From the IMG/VR virus record IMGVR_UViG_3300044614_002230, positions 1,705-65,704 of that record: 64,000 nt of DNA; one strand, 5' to 3'. Made by a program: the position numbers and the translations under genes. Each line of letters opens with the position of its first letter. Position 1 is the first letter of the stretch. Positions 1 to 8,658 of this stretch are shown in pieces. This stretch comes from a virus (lineage: Duplodnaviria; Caudoviricetes). The notes beneath the pieces are model-generated. The model saw only the letters and a list, made by a program, of their open reading frames with translations. It ran no database searches and was not told where the DNA came from.

Positions 1-2452
1 TAGATCTAGGAGGTTCTGCAAATGTTATAGTGCTGTCATCATAAGTGTATGAAACTCCGGGAGATTGAATGACACCTCCCAAAGAAATCAATAGATCCCC
101 AGTTAAAGTTCCCTTTGGCAGGTTTTCCCCTTCAGAGGTCAATGTGAATTTTGTTTGCGTACCATTGAATTTGCTGGCGATATCGTCGATTATAATGTTC
201 CCTGTGTCCGACCCAGCCAAACCTAAAAGATTTTCTTCGGTGGTACGGAATTCGATATAAATTGCTGAACCAGGGGTTAGAGAGTAGGGCAGGATGTTAG
301 CAGGAGAGAAGGCGGAGGACAAGTAAATTAACTGAATGTCTGGATCCGTAGGGTCCAACGCAGTTTTTATCACTTTAGGTCCCAAAGGTAACCTAACCTG
401 GTTTTTAACGTTGCTAACATCTTCTTGAGTGAGTAACAAAGGACGCACGACTCCGGCTTGCAGGAAGCCTTGATTGGGCAATTCTGCTCCACCTAAAGTG
501 CCTATACCAGCGAAACCCTCAGCCAGAAGTCCCACACTGCCAAACGTAGATTTAGAATTTGACAGGGAAACTTGAGCACCATCTAAAGCCCAAACTCCAA
601 TAGCACTACCGAGCGTTTGAACGGAGTCGCCTTCAAACAAAGTGTTAGCACCCCTGACTCTCACACCGTAATGGCGGTAGTCATTATCGACATCGGTAAT
701 TCCTGAATCACCCAAAGGTTTCCCCGTGGCATCAGTCGCAACTTTAGTACTGTACAGATACCGTATATCTTCAATACTGGTCCTATTTAGAAACTCCAAT
801 TGTGCGTCTAAAGGTACGGAAGTAATTTCGCGATTTAGCGAATCTGCTACAATTTTCGTCAGGGTATCCCAGTCAGAGATGTTCTCTTTCGTTGTATAAA
901 TTTCGTAGCATCCAGGATCTCTCTGTAGGTTAATGATGGAGAAATTTTTGGCAGAAGCCGCTTTAAACCCGCTGACCAAATTACCATTTATATCACAACC
1001 TGCCATCCCATAGCTTGAACGAACGGATACATTATTAATGTAGGGTTCTGTGTTTTCAGTAGTGTTAGCTGCTGTGTTTTTAGGATAAGGTGCTTCTGTA
1101 TTACCAATAATGGTATATTCGGGGGAGAGAGTAATCCTGTCACTCACCGTTTCCCCAAAAAGGTTCGGAAAAGCTTTTTGAATTTTGGTGTAAAAGTCGT
1201 TGAAATCTTCTTTACTCGCGTTTCCTACAACACTTAACCGGTGAGCAGAATAAAGACCCACCTCGAATGGTTCATTGAGTTCTGGCCGGAAGTAAGGATA
1301 TATGTTTTGAACATTAAAAATGTTATAATTGCTGCCAGATATGAGTTTGGGATCTAAATCATAAACTTTAATCAATTGAGGTGTGGATTCTTTGTTAATA
1401 CCGACAAAAGTTTGGCGAGAAATAACAAACTCATACGGCGTGATTGCTTTTACGTAATAAGCGCCGTTAGGGAAATTAGGTGAGTTTGGTGTATTGGCTT
1501 CTGCACGAATATATACATAGTCGTTAATATCCAGACCGTGGGTTGTCTCACAAGAGAATACAGCCACTTCAGGGTTTAAGCCGTTCTCCTTGATGTTACC
1601 AGGGTTAATTGAAGTGATAAAACGTTGTTCTAATTTATCCGTTACACTAAAATTGGTTAGATAACTGTTTCCTGACCAACGGAATATATTAGCCAGCGGC
1701 TTTTTGGTGTATTGGGGACCCTTAGGGTCCAAGCTGTAATTAGCAGGAAATCCTGGGTAATTGTAAGTAGGTACGTAGGAAGGTCGAAGAACTGATTTCT
1801 TCAGGTCCATGCCTACAATTGAGACTCCTCGAGGCACAATAAGACCGCCGTCCGGGTGGTTGAACGCCTCTAAATTATCGATATTAGGGTTTGATTGGTT
1901 TGGGCCTGGTGCGAAATTCACTGTGAACGCATCAGCACGTTGACCCGGTCCATTAAACACTGTGACGGAACTTGGTGCCACCATGATGGTGTACCGAGCA
2001 TTAGAAGGAACACCGGTCACAGCATTTTGAACAATAGTTTTTCCTACCTCAATAATGGCACGGTTTAGAGAACGAAACGGCAATGTCTGTCCGTCGTTTT
2101 TCAGTGAGTCGGTAGCCTGAAAATAATCAGGAGCAACGAAAATTGTAACACCGTTAGTACCACCAAGGAAAGGTGCAGCGATTGACTCCCAGGTGTTGGT
2201 GTTGGAACCGATACTCAAAGTGTTGGTATCAGAGTCAACCCAAAGTTCCCCTTGAGCAGGTGATGTGGTGGGGGCAGCGGGCAGGTACGAAGTTGGTCCT
2301 GCTTTTACAACACTACCGTCGCTTACTTCAAAGTAAATACCAGGTTCAACACTGTTGGTATTTAAGCCTAACTCACCTGGTTCTAAAAGTTGTGAATTCG
2401 GTCTTTTTCCTAGTACGCTTGACCGCTTTAGAATAATTTTGTAAGCCGACAT
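1..2452 (-). CDS. Large virion structural protein (tail fibre/baseplate-associated), 3'-truncated by the window edge; absent from ORF track
   Basis: ATG at 2452 (MSAYKIILKRSSVLGKRP...GELGLNTN, typical fibre N-terminus); same frame at window start reads DDIASKFNGTQTKFTL...LLISLGGVIQSPGVSYTYDDSTITFAEPP, a cyanophage structural domain; GGGTAAAA upstream. Confidence 0.8.
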   Translation of the reverse strand, partial: MSAYKIILKRSSVLGKRPNSQLLEPGELGLNTNSVEPGIYFEVSDGSVVKAGPTSYLPAAPTTSPAQGELWVDSDTNTLSIGSNTNTWESIAAPFLGGTNGVTIFVAPDYFQATDSLKNDGQTLPFRSLNRAIIEVGKTIVQNAVTGVPSNARYTIMVAPSSVTVFNGPGQRADAFTVNFAPGPNQSNPNIDNLEAFNHPDGGLIVPRGVSIVGMDLKKSVLRPSYVPTYNYPGFPANYSLDPKGPQYTKKPLANIFRWSGNSYLTNFSVTDKLEQRFITSINPGNIKENGLNPEVAVFSCETTHGLDINDYVYIRAEANTPNSPNFPNGAYYVKAITPYEFVISRQTFVGINKESTPQLIKVYDLDPKLISGSNYNIFNVQNIYPYFRPELNEPFEVGLYSAHRLSVVGNASKEDFNDFYTKIQKAFPNLFGETVSDRITLSPEYTIIGNTEAPYPKNTAANTTENTEPYINNVSVRSSYGMAGCDINGNLVSGFKAASAKNFSIINLQRDPGCYEIYTTKENISDWDTLTKIVADSLNREITSVPLDAQLEFLNRTSIEDIRYLYSTKVATDATGKPLGDSGITDVDNDYRHYGVRVRGANTLFEGDSVQTLGSAIGVWALDGAQVSLSNSKSTFGSVGLLAEGFAGIGTLGGAELPNQGFLQAGVVRPLLLTQEDVSNVKNQVRLPLGPKVIKTALDPTDPDIQLIYLSSAFSPANILPYSLTPGSAIYIEFRTTEENLLGLAGSDTGNIIIDDIASKFNGTQTKFTLTSEGENLPKGTLTGDLLISLGGVIQSPGVSYTYDDSTITFAEPPRS

Positions 2453-2499
2453 TTGCTAAAGAGCGAGGGTAGTGATTATGTGTGTAAAGACACACAAGG

Positions 2500-2507
2500 T
2501 TTTACCC
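2500..2507 (-). promoter_or_regulatory. Putative late promoter GGGTAAAA
   Basis: Recurrent intergenic 8-mer, upstream of fibre gene. Confidence 0.7.
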
Positions 2508-2509
2508 GC

Positions 2510-2671
2510 TCAGAGATAGGCAGCGCCAATAATAGCGTCGTCGCTCACATTACCTTTTTCCTTTAGTTTTGTGGCAGCTTGCAGGTATTTCACTGCTGCT
2601 TCACCTTCTTCCCGGCGATGCTCTTTATATTTCGCCATTAATGCCACGTAGGCAGCGTCATCTTTAGCCAT
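2510..2671 (-). CDS. 53-aa helical protein coupled to kinase gene (below ORF-track cutoff)
   Basis: TAATG overlap with kinase stop; MAKDDAAYVALMAKYKEHRREEGEAAVKYLQAATKLKEKGNVSDDAIIGAAYL; fills gap up to next late promoter. Confidence 0.75.
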   Translation of the reverse strand: MAKDDAAYVALMAKYKEHRREEGEAAVKYLQAATKLKEKGNVSDDAIIGAAYL

Positions 2672-4554
2672 TAAACTCCCTCATATAAAGTGTTGATAAT
2701 TTCAAGTGCTTGACTATCACTTATTTTAGCCCAAGGACCCTTGGAGTAACTCGACATAGGCGAGCGAATACCGTGGTCCATTATGGTAGCAATATCGTCG
2801 TTGTTCAAACCCATCTTTTTCATTTTGTACATGGCTTCCGATCGTTGGTCAAACACTCGAGCCATGGTCGGGAAACGTTTTAAAAGTTCTGCGCGCTCTT
2901 GGGGTTTAGCTCTCTCCCACTGTTTCAGCACCTCGCCTCCGGTACCGTTCCAACGGCGCATTTGCCAATCGCCTTGACCGCGTGCTTCGGGGGAGCGGGT
3001 TACCATCGAACCCGTCGGTTTTGTGAACACACCGAGTGCTTCCGCCAGCGCTGCTTTAGGAGAATCCTGAGCGAGACCCATGTCTACAAACCTGCCTTTG
3101 CCGTTGCTGTCGATAAAGACGTTGTCGATATGCATATCGTTGTGGGCGATCCCCAGCCGGTGCAGTTTGGCTCTTGCCCCCCAGTAAGAGTCGGCAACTT
3201 TCACACCGTTGATTTCATCGTCTGCCCTTTTACCTCCGATTGGTTTACCAGGAAGTACATCCATTGCCATGCGCCCGTACCGAGTACCTGACTCTGATGG
3301 GTGAGGACCGTCAAGTTGAGCTGCTTTAAGGCGAGGACCTAAATCGTTCTCTCCGAGTTTTTGAATTAACCGAGCCTCATCTTCTCCAATAGCTCCGCGC
3401 TTTACCGCATTCGGTGTATTTCCTGTCTCTTTAATTACGGTTCCAAATGCACCTGAACCGAGAACTTTTGAACCAGAGCCGTAAGAGGTTTCCCATTTGT
3501 AATTGCTCTCGCCAATTTGCTGTTTGACTCCATTTTTCTCGATAACATCATCAATGTCTCTCGACTTTTCACGACCATACTTGGTTTTTGCGCTTGCTCC
3601 AGTTGCTGGACCTTCGATCGCCTTTTCAACTTCGTTTAATCGCTTAATTAACTTGGCTCGTTTCGGCGTGTTTGGTTTAGCCGCGTCTATTTCTTCTTTC
3701 AAATTACGCCGTAGGTCTTTAGCTTCATTTACCAAGCCTTCTAGGTCTCTTCCAACGTCTATGCGGGTTTGTGCACCAAGCCCCAAAACCGACTGCAACT
3801 GTGCGATTTGGGACTTAGACTTGAACCGACCACCTTCGTCGGTAATCATTTGAATATGTTGCGGAGATTCTCCTCGCATCAAACGAGAAATATCGTCCAT
3901 CATCAAGTCCATGCTGTCCGCTTTTTTCGCACCAGGCGACTGCGAAATGACCCTGGGTTTTGCCTCTAGCTGCTCTCTGCGACGAAGTTCGCCGTCAATT
4001 GCTTTTCTAGCATCTTCGAATTTTGGATCTTTATCTATACCTTGACGAAACTTTTTCAATTGATCGGTTTCCCAACCGCCGTAAAGAGGATCGGGCTGAT
4101 TAATTTTGTTCTGGAGACGTGGAATCTCGTCGGCTAACTCCAGCCTTCTTTTGAGAGCTGACACTCCGGTCTTACCGACTAAATTCTGTCTTTCTTCTTT
4201 CAGCCGATTTAATTTTGTCCTATCCCCTTCCTCTTTTGTTGCCTCACGCTTAGGGAGCACTCCAGCTTCTTGATACCGGCGGCGTAATTCCCCAATATGT
4301 TCTGGTTTACGAATTTGTTTAATTCCTTCAACCTTTAGCTGTTGTAAATATTCGCCACGAATTTTATTCGCTTTTGCGGCAGCACCTCTGGGCATGTGCT
4401 TCATAGCTGCCCAGAAATCCTTCCCTTGAATATTTGCGGTGGCTTGATTAATAGCGTTAGCCACGGTAGGCGGTAAGCTTACTCTGCAGACTTTCGCCTG
4501 ACTAATGAAAGAAGCCCCGCAAGGTTTTCCTGCGCCTTTGCCTGCTCTGGCCAT
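2671..4554 (-). CDS. Protein-kinase-like domain protein with N-terminal Cys-rich module
   Basis: LGSGAFGTV (Gly loop), AVK, HNDMHIDNVF (catalytic loop), VDMGLA (DFG-like); N-terminal GKPCGASFISQAKVCR. Confidence 0.85.
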   Translation of the reverse strand: MARAGKGAGKPCGASFISQAKVCRVSLPPTVANAINQATANIQGKDFWAAMKHMPRGAAAKANKIRGEYLQQLKVEGIKQIRKPEHIGELRRRYQEAGVLPKREATKEEGDRTKLNRLKEERQNLVGKTGVSALKRRLELADEIPRLQNKINQPDPLYGGWETDQLKKFRQGIDKDPKFEDARKAIDGELRRREQLEAKPRVISQSPGAKKADSMDLMMDDISRLMRGESPQHIQMITDEGGRFKSKSQIAQLQSVLGLGAQTRIDVGRDLEGLVNEAKDLRRNLKEEIDAAKPNTPKRAKLIKRLNEVEKAIEGPATGASAKTKYGREKSRDIDDVIEKNGVKQQIGESNYKWETSYGSGSKVLGSGAFGTVIKETGNTPNAVKRGAIGEDEARLIQKLGENDLGPRLKAAQLDGPHPSESGTRYGRMAMDVLPGKPIGGKRADDEINGVKVADSYWGARAKLHRLGIAHNDMHIDNVFIDSNGKGRFVDMGLAQDSPKAALAEALGVFTKPTGSMVTRSPEARGQGDWQMRRWNGTGGEVLKQWERAKPQERAELLKRFPTMARVFDQRSEAMYKMKKMGLNNDDIATIMDHGIRSPMSSYSKGPWAKISDSQALEIINTLYEGV

Positions 4555-4557
4555 TTC

Positions 4558-5070
4558 TTAGACCTGTGATTCTGAGAACTCCACCAATTTAGCTTCTAAT
4601 TCTTGAATACGTGATGACATTTTGTCAAGTAACTCAGAGTAAGAAGAAGTTTGGTCCATTGTCCTGTTGTAGTCTTCTTGTTGCTTACGTCCCAAGGAAA
4701 CTACAGCCATTTTGGCGTCAATTCCTTCTTTCTCTTTCACAAGAGCTTGCATCTCTTTCATTTGACGTTGCAACATCTGAAACGCACCGGTTTTTCGGGA
4801 GTTTCTCATTTGATTTTGAAGAGAATCAATACTCATATTGATCTCTTTCCCCCGTGCTTGGAGCATTTCATATTCTCCCCCATCCATTACGGTAGAAGGG
4901 GTCAATTCTTGGTATTTCTCCATTACAACCGAGGTGTTCTCAGGTTCTAACACCGTGCCGCGAGCGTAATCCGTGGGAGCGTGGCTGTAATCTTGAATCT
5001 GGTGCCCTTTTTCTGCGTAAATTAGGTACGCGGCTTCAAGGGCTTCTTTGGAAATGTTATCTTTCCTCAT
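4558..5070 (-). CDS. Hypothetical coiled-coil protein, putative internal head protein
   Basis: Leader ISKEALEAAYLIYAE; YSE and FSE motifs; late promoter upstream. Confidence 0.7.
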   Translation of the reverse strand: MRKDNISKEALEAAYLIYAEKGHQIQDYSHAPTDYARGTVLEPENTSVVMEKYQELTPSTVMDGGEYEMLQARGKEINMSIDSLQNQMRNSRKTGAFQMLQRQMKEMQALVKEKEGIDAKMAVVSLGRKQQEDYNRTMDQTSSYSELLDKMSSRIQELEAKLVEFSESQV

Positions 5071-5097
5071 TTTTACATGGAGAGGAGTGTGTAAAGT

Positions 5098-5105
5098 TTT
5101 TACCC
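5098..5105 (-). promoter_or_regulatory. Putative late promoter GGGTAAAA
   Basis: 28 nt upstream of ATG 5070. Confidence 0.7.
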
Positions 5106-5109
5106 GTAT

Positions 5110-5664
5110 TTATATAGAACCGCCTAATTCCTTAATCTGTTCTTCAATGGCCAATCTACCGGAGTCTGTGGTTTGACGATCGTAGGCTTCACGTAAGCCT
5201 TGAATTCGACCTTGACGAGAGGAATCACTGCCTCCCCCAGACCTTCGACGGCCGGTACCCCCACCACGGCCAGACTTGGTTTTCGGTTCTTTGGGGCCAA
5301 CCTTTTTCTCGCCAGCAACTGACCCCCACTCTACCAAAACCGCTTTACCATTCTTTTTAGCCCACCCATAGCGTTTCCCATTTACTGTGACTGGTTTGTT
5401 AGCATCGAAGGAAGATTTCTGTGTTTTAGCTGCACCGCCAATCTTTTTCTCCTGCTCTGTCTCTTTACTTGTATCCCAATCTTTCTCCCCTGACCCTCCA
5501 ACTTTGCGGCAGACACCAAACACCATTTTCTCCCCAGCAGGGCAAGCAGGGTCCGGAGTCGGTGTAGCCGGTGCAGCATCAGCAAAGTTCCAATCAAGAA
5601 CTTGATAGTGAACACCTTCGATTAAGTGATCAACGGACGGAAGATTTTGAAAAGGGTCGTACAT
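5110..5664 (-). CDS. Hypothetical basic protein, putative internal head protein
   Basis: TAATG-coupled; WNFAD followed by CPAGEKMVFGVCRKV; K/R/G-rich tail. Confidence 0.7.
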   Translation of the reverse strand: MYDPFQNLPSVDHLIEGVHYQVLDWNFADAAPATPTPDPACPAGEKMVFGVCRKVGGSGEKDWDTSKETEQEKKIGGAAKTQKSSFDANKPVTVNGKRYGWAKKNGKAVLVEWGSVAGEKKVGPKEPKTKSGRGGGTGRRRSGGGSDSSRQGRIQGLREAYDRQTTDSGRLAIEEQIKELGGSI

Positions 5665-5981
5665 TAGCCTACTTTGGCAGCATTGAGATTCTTTTGAGCG
5701 GCTGCTTTGGCTCCTGGATTGGTAGCTTTTGCAAGGGCTGCTTGAGCCCCTTTAATCCTACCCTTGACACCAGAGTCAGTCATTCGAACTCCAGACACGT
5801 TTCTATTTTTAGCTCCTGGAGGAAGTTCCGCTCCTTTTTTGGCTTCAGAACCTGCCGGGAGTAATGATACTTTTTTACCTTTTGTCTTAATCTCATACAG
5901 ACCGCTGGATAATCGAATCAACTTTTCAGCGTAATCTACTCGAAATTGAGCGAGAAGTTCATCAGGAAAAGAGCCAAACAT
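5664..5981 (-). CDS. Small basic protein with MFGSFPDELLAQFRVDYAE leader (start moved to 5981)
   Basis: TAATG coupling at 5981; leader near-identical to that of upstream gene. Confidence 0.75.
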   Translation of the reverse strand: MFGSFPDELLAQFRVDYAEKLIRLSSGLYEIKTKGKKVSLLPAGSEAKKGAELPPGAKNRNVSGVRMTDSGVKGRIKGAQAALAKATNPGAKAAAQKNLNAAKVG

Positions 5982-6343
5982 TACCATTTTACGCGATTTG
6001 CCCAATACGCTGCGGAGGAAGGCCCTTTAGCGATGTTTTTGGCATGACGAGCTTTGAAAGATTCGCGTCGTTTGCGGTACGCCTCCGACTCCCCTTCTTT
6101 TTTCGGCGACCCTTTGACACCCTTAGCTCCGAAGTGAATGATTTTGCCACCTTCAGGAGCACCGTCATAACATGCTTTTACGATATGCGAGCTTCCCCCT
6201 TCGGTATCCGGACGGGGTTTGTTGCAGGGCATGCTTTCTTTGTCTACAAACGACTGCTGCGGATAGCCGATTGCCATAGCCCGGCGTTCGGCGTAATCGT
6301 GCATGAACTGCTCAAGAAGTTCTTCGGGAAAGTGTCCAAACAT
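5981..6343 (-). CDS. Small phage protein of the RRxSFxARH...SAAYWANxVKW family (DUF5824/DUF6321-like)
   Basis: KIIHFG...RRESFKARH...SAAYWANRVKW; leader MFGHFPEELLEQFMHDYAE. Confidence 0.75.
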   Translation of the reverse strand: MFGHFPEELLEQFMHDYAERRAMAIGYPQQSFVDKESMPCNKPRPDTEGGSSHIVKACYDGAPEGGKIIHFGAKGVKGSPKKEGESEAYRKRRESFKARHAKNIAKGPSSAAYWANRVKW

Positions 6344-7275
6344 CAGTCTCTAGCCCTCGCTACTGCAGTCGCTCGACGTTGCATTGCCAGGGGGGAAATG
6401 TCGGGTGCCTGTTTAGGCCCTTGTACTTTATCTCTCTCCGCTTTTAGCAGTTCTTCTCTCTTCTTGGTCAGTTTAACCACATCGTCCATTAGTTTTTTAC
6501 GCTCTCCCGCTTTAGTCGAATCGCCCTGTAATTGTTTGTGTTTCTCACTCATCTTTCGCAGTTTCACGCCAAGTGCCTCAATCAAGAGTTTAGGGTTCTC
6601 ACGTCCTAAACGAGCGTTTTCTTCTTTAGTAAATTTTGAGGTTTCTTTCTGCGTTTTGAGAACCTTGGCTACCGGGTCTTTTTTAGTCATCGCCGACTTC
6701 GGGGGGACTGGAGCCACCGGAGTTCCACTGGTTTCAGTGCCTTTGCGGCACTTACCGCCAGTGCCATACCGAGAACCATCAGGGCGCTCACAAGTTGTAA
6801 AATCTAAAGTTTCTGAAAACTCAACACCGAAACGCATGTAATCGCACACGGACGCGAGATTTTGAGAACTCATGGTAAGTTTTGCCGCCATCCATGGTTC
6901 CAAGTTGTCGTCAGGATAAAGCATTCCAAGCATAATATCAATCTTTTCACGCATAACCCGCAGCTGGTTGATCGCCATTGCGGCATTAGGTTCCATTGAT
7001 TCGGTACCGGGCATTTCACTCATAATAAATTGGTCGGGCATGCTTGCTTCAGGTTTGGTCATGGATCGAGCGGTCATAAGGTCAACAGGGTTTTCAGATT
7101 CAGCGTGTTCGGAGCTGTTTTTCTTTTTCACGCAATTCGGCACCTTTTTGCCATTTTTTACTTTCATTCCAACGGCAGTATAACCTGGCCAACAAGCACT
7201 TTTTAAACTACCTATTGCCTCCTCTGTGAACCCCAAACTCTGGAGTTGATTATAATCATGAAAGTTGGTAGACAT
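6343..7275 (-). CDS. Modular putative internal head protein (start moved to 7275)
   Basis: TAATG coupling; CWPGY..GMK.KNGKKVPNCV motif, MAINQL...LEPWMAAKLT...VCDY motif, DFTTCERPDGSRYGTGGKCRKG module; HAE/FSE motifs between modules. Confidence 0.75.
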   Translation of the reverse strand: MSTNFHDYNQLQSLGFTEEAIGSLKSACWPGYTAVGMKVKNGKKVPNCVKKKNSSEHAESENPVDLMTARSMTKPEASMPDQFIMSEMPGTESMEPNAAMAINQLRVMREKIDIMLGMLYPDDNLEPWMAAKLTMSSQNLASVCDYMRFGVEFSETLDFTTCERPDGSRYGTGGKCRKGTETSGTPVAPVPPKSAMTKKDPVAKVLKTQKETSKFTKEENARLGRENPKLLIEALGVKLRKMSEKHKQLQGDSTKAGERKKLMDDVVKLTKKREELLKAERDKVQGPKQAPDISPLAMQRRATAVARARD

Positions 7276-7862
7276 TACAGAGTTCTTCCTTTTTTCCACC
7301 CTTTCGGGATTTCACTGTCTGGAGCAAGCATTTTTGATTCTATACCGTTGGTTACCCAAAAGTAACCTTTTGTAGCTTCCGGGTCTAAATTTTGCAATCC
7401 GTTGTAGTAACTACCTTTCACCCACCCCTCTCCGGGGCATTCTTTACAGCGTTTGCTTTTTCCATCTTTAATCCACTGAACCGAACCTTTGGTTGGGTGT
7501 TCTTCCCCGAAAGGTTTTGACCTACCCCACTTAAACCCGGGAGGGAGAATACCATCACGGACCTGTAAGTTTTTTACCCCGTTAGTGGCCCACTTGAATG
7601 ACCCAAATATATCTTTTTCAGGGGGAACCATTCTGTTTCTGTTTCTATTGTTAGATATATGTTTTAATATTAACTGTCTTTCCCTTTCTTTAAGTTCTTC
7701 CAAATTGTCGCAAAATGCAATAACCTGTTTTTTAACAGGGACAAAAGATTTGTCTTTACAAGAACCCATGTAAGGATCTAAAGACGGGTCTTGTCGGGAA
7801 GAACGCCTCCCAATGTAATAATCGTTTTGTTCGTTAAAAACTAAATAAAGGTAATGGTACAT
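7275..7862 (-). CDS. GIY-YIG homing endonuclease (Seg-like), free-standing
   Basis: HYLY...YYIGRRSS...DPYMGS; C-terminal WxTNG...P.GWxxGR DNA-binding repeats. Confidence 0.85.
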   Translation of the reverse strand: MYHYLYLVFNEQNDYYIGRRSSRQDPSLDPYMGSCKDKSFVPVKKQVIAFCDNLEELKERERQLILKHISNNRNRNRMVPPEKDIFGSFKWATNGVKNLQVRDGILPPGFKWGRSKPFGEEHPTKGSVQWIKDGKSKRCKECPGEGWVKGSYYNGLQNLDPEATKGYFWVTNGIESKMLAPDSEIPKGWKKGRTL

Positions 7863-7908
7863 TGTTGCTGGGTCTTTTCTTATTTATACCCTACGCAGTT
7901 TGGAACTC

Positions 7909-8625
7909 TTAACCCGGCAGCCCTGATTCACCTGCTTCCAGGCGTTTTTTCACGGATTCGGGTAACCCGCTTTCCCAGCCGTGCTTTTTTGCAATGCGAA
8001 TAATATTTTTCATAATCGCCCGGGGATTCTTAGCGCGGCCAACCGAAGACCAAGCTGCCGACACATCCTCGGGTCCGGAGATTGGGAAAGACATTTCTGG
8101 ACCGGCGAATTCTCCTTTTACTTCGCCTTTCTTCATTTTCTCCCTCTTTTCAGTCGACCACTCCCGATATTCAGCATCTTTACGCTTTTTATCGCGACAA
8201 GCAGCACATGTACCGCATTTGCACCCCTCGGCCATGGCAAAGGGTTGAGGGATTGCCATCAATTCGTTATCTTGGGAGTCTCCGGGAGCCGCTTCTGCAA
8301 ACGGGTACTCTTTTTCTTTCAGGGATTTAAATTTTTCCGCTCTTGCTTTTTTACGGTCAAAAATTTCTTTCATCGCGGTTGAGCTGTCTGCGTGATCGTC
8401 GTATAAACGGTTCACAAGGCTTTCCCGCTTTTGACGGTTTTGTTCATTAGCTTTTAGCTGAGTCTCGTTGTGGTGAGACATACCGCCTTCCGCATTCGGG
8501 CTCCACTTCTTACCTGTCTTATTAAGGCGAGCAAGCTGGTCCGTAGTCATGGCATTGCCAGCGTTAATACCGCCCCCAACACCCGGAAGCGAAATACCTG
8601 AAAAGTCGAGGGAGCTACCGTACAT
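7909..8625 (-). CDS. Putative head-associated protein with C-terminal DUF6582-like domain
   Basis: FAGPEMSFPISGPEDVSAAWSSVGRA...KNIIRIAKKHG...LP; FAE motif; CKCGTCAAC. Confidence 0.65.
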   Translation of the reverse strand: MYGSSLDFSGISLPGVGGGINAGNAMTTDQLARLNKTGKKWSPNAEGGMSHHNETQLKANEQNRQKRESLVNRLYDDHADSSTAMKEIFDRKKARAEKFKSLKEKEYPFAEAAPGDSQDNELMAIPQPFAMAEGCKCGTCAACRDKKRKDAEYREWSTEKREKMKKGEVKGEFAGPEMSFPISGPEDVSAAWSSVGRAKNPRAIMKNIIRIAKKHGWESGLPESVKKRLEAGESGLPG

Positions 8626-8650
8626 TATATTTATAGATGAGTCTAGGGTG

Positions 8651-8658
8651 TTTTACCC
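8651..8658 (-). promoter_or_regulatory. Putative late promoter GGGTAAAA
   Basis: Upstream of ATG 8625. Confidence 0.7.

Noticed and set aside
6044-6841. 265-aa plus-strand ORF
   Set aside because: Antisense shadow of two motif-bearing minus-strand genes; S/F/L-rich composition, no recognisable motif.
7572-7579. GGGTAAAA inside the GIY-YIG gene
   Set aside because: Intragenic and about 300 nt from the next start; likely chance occurrence, not counted as a promoter.
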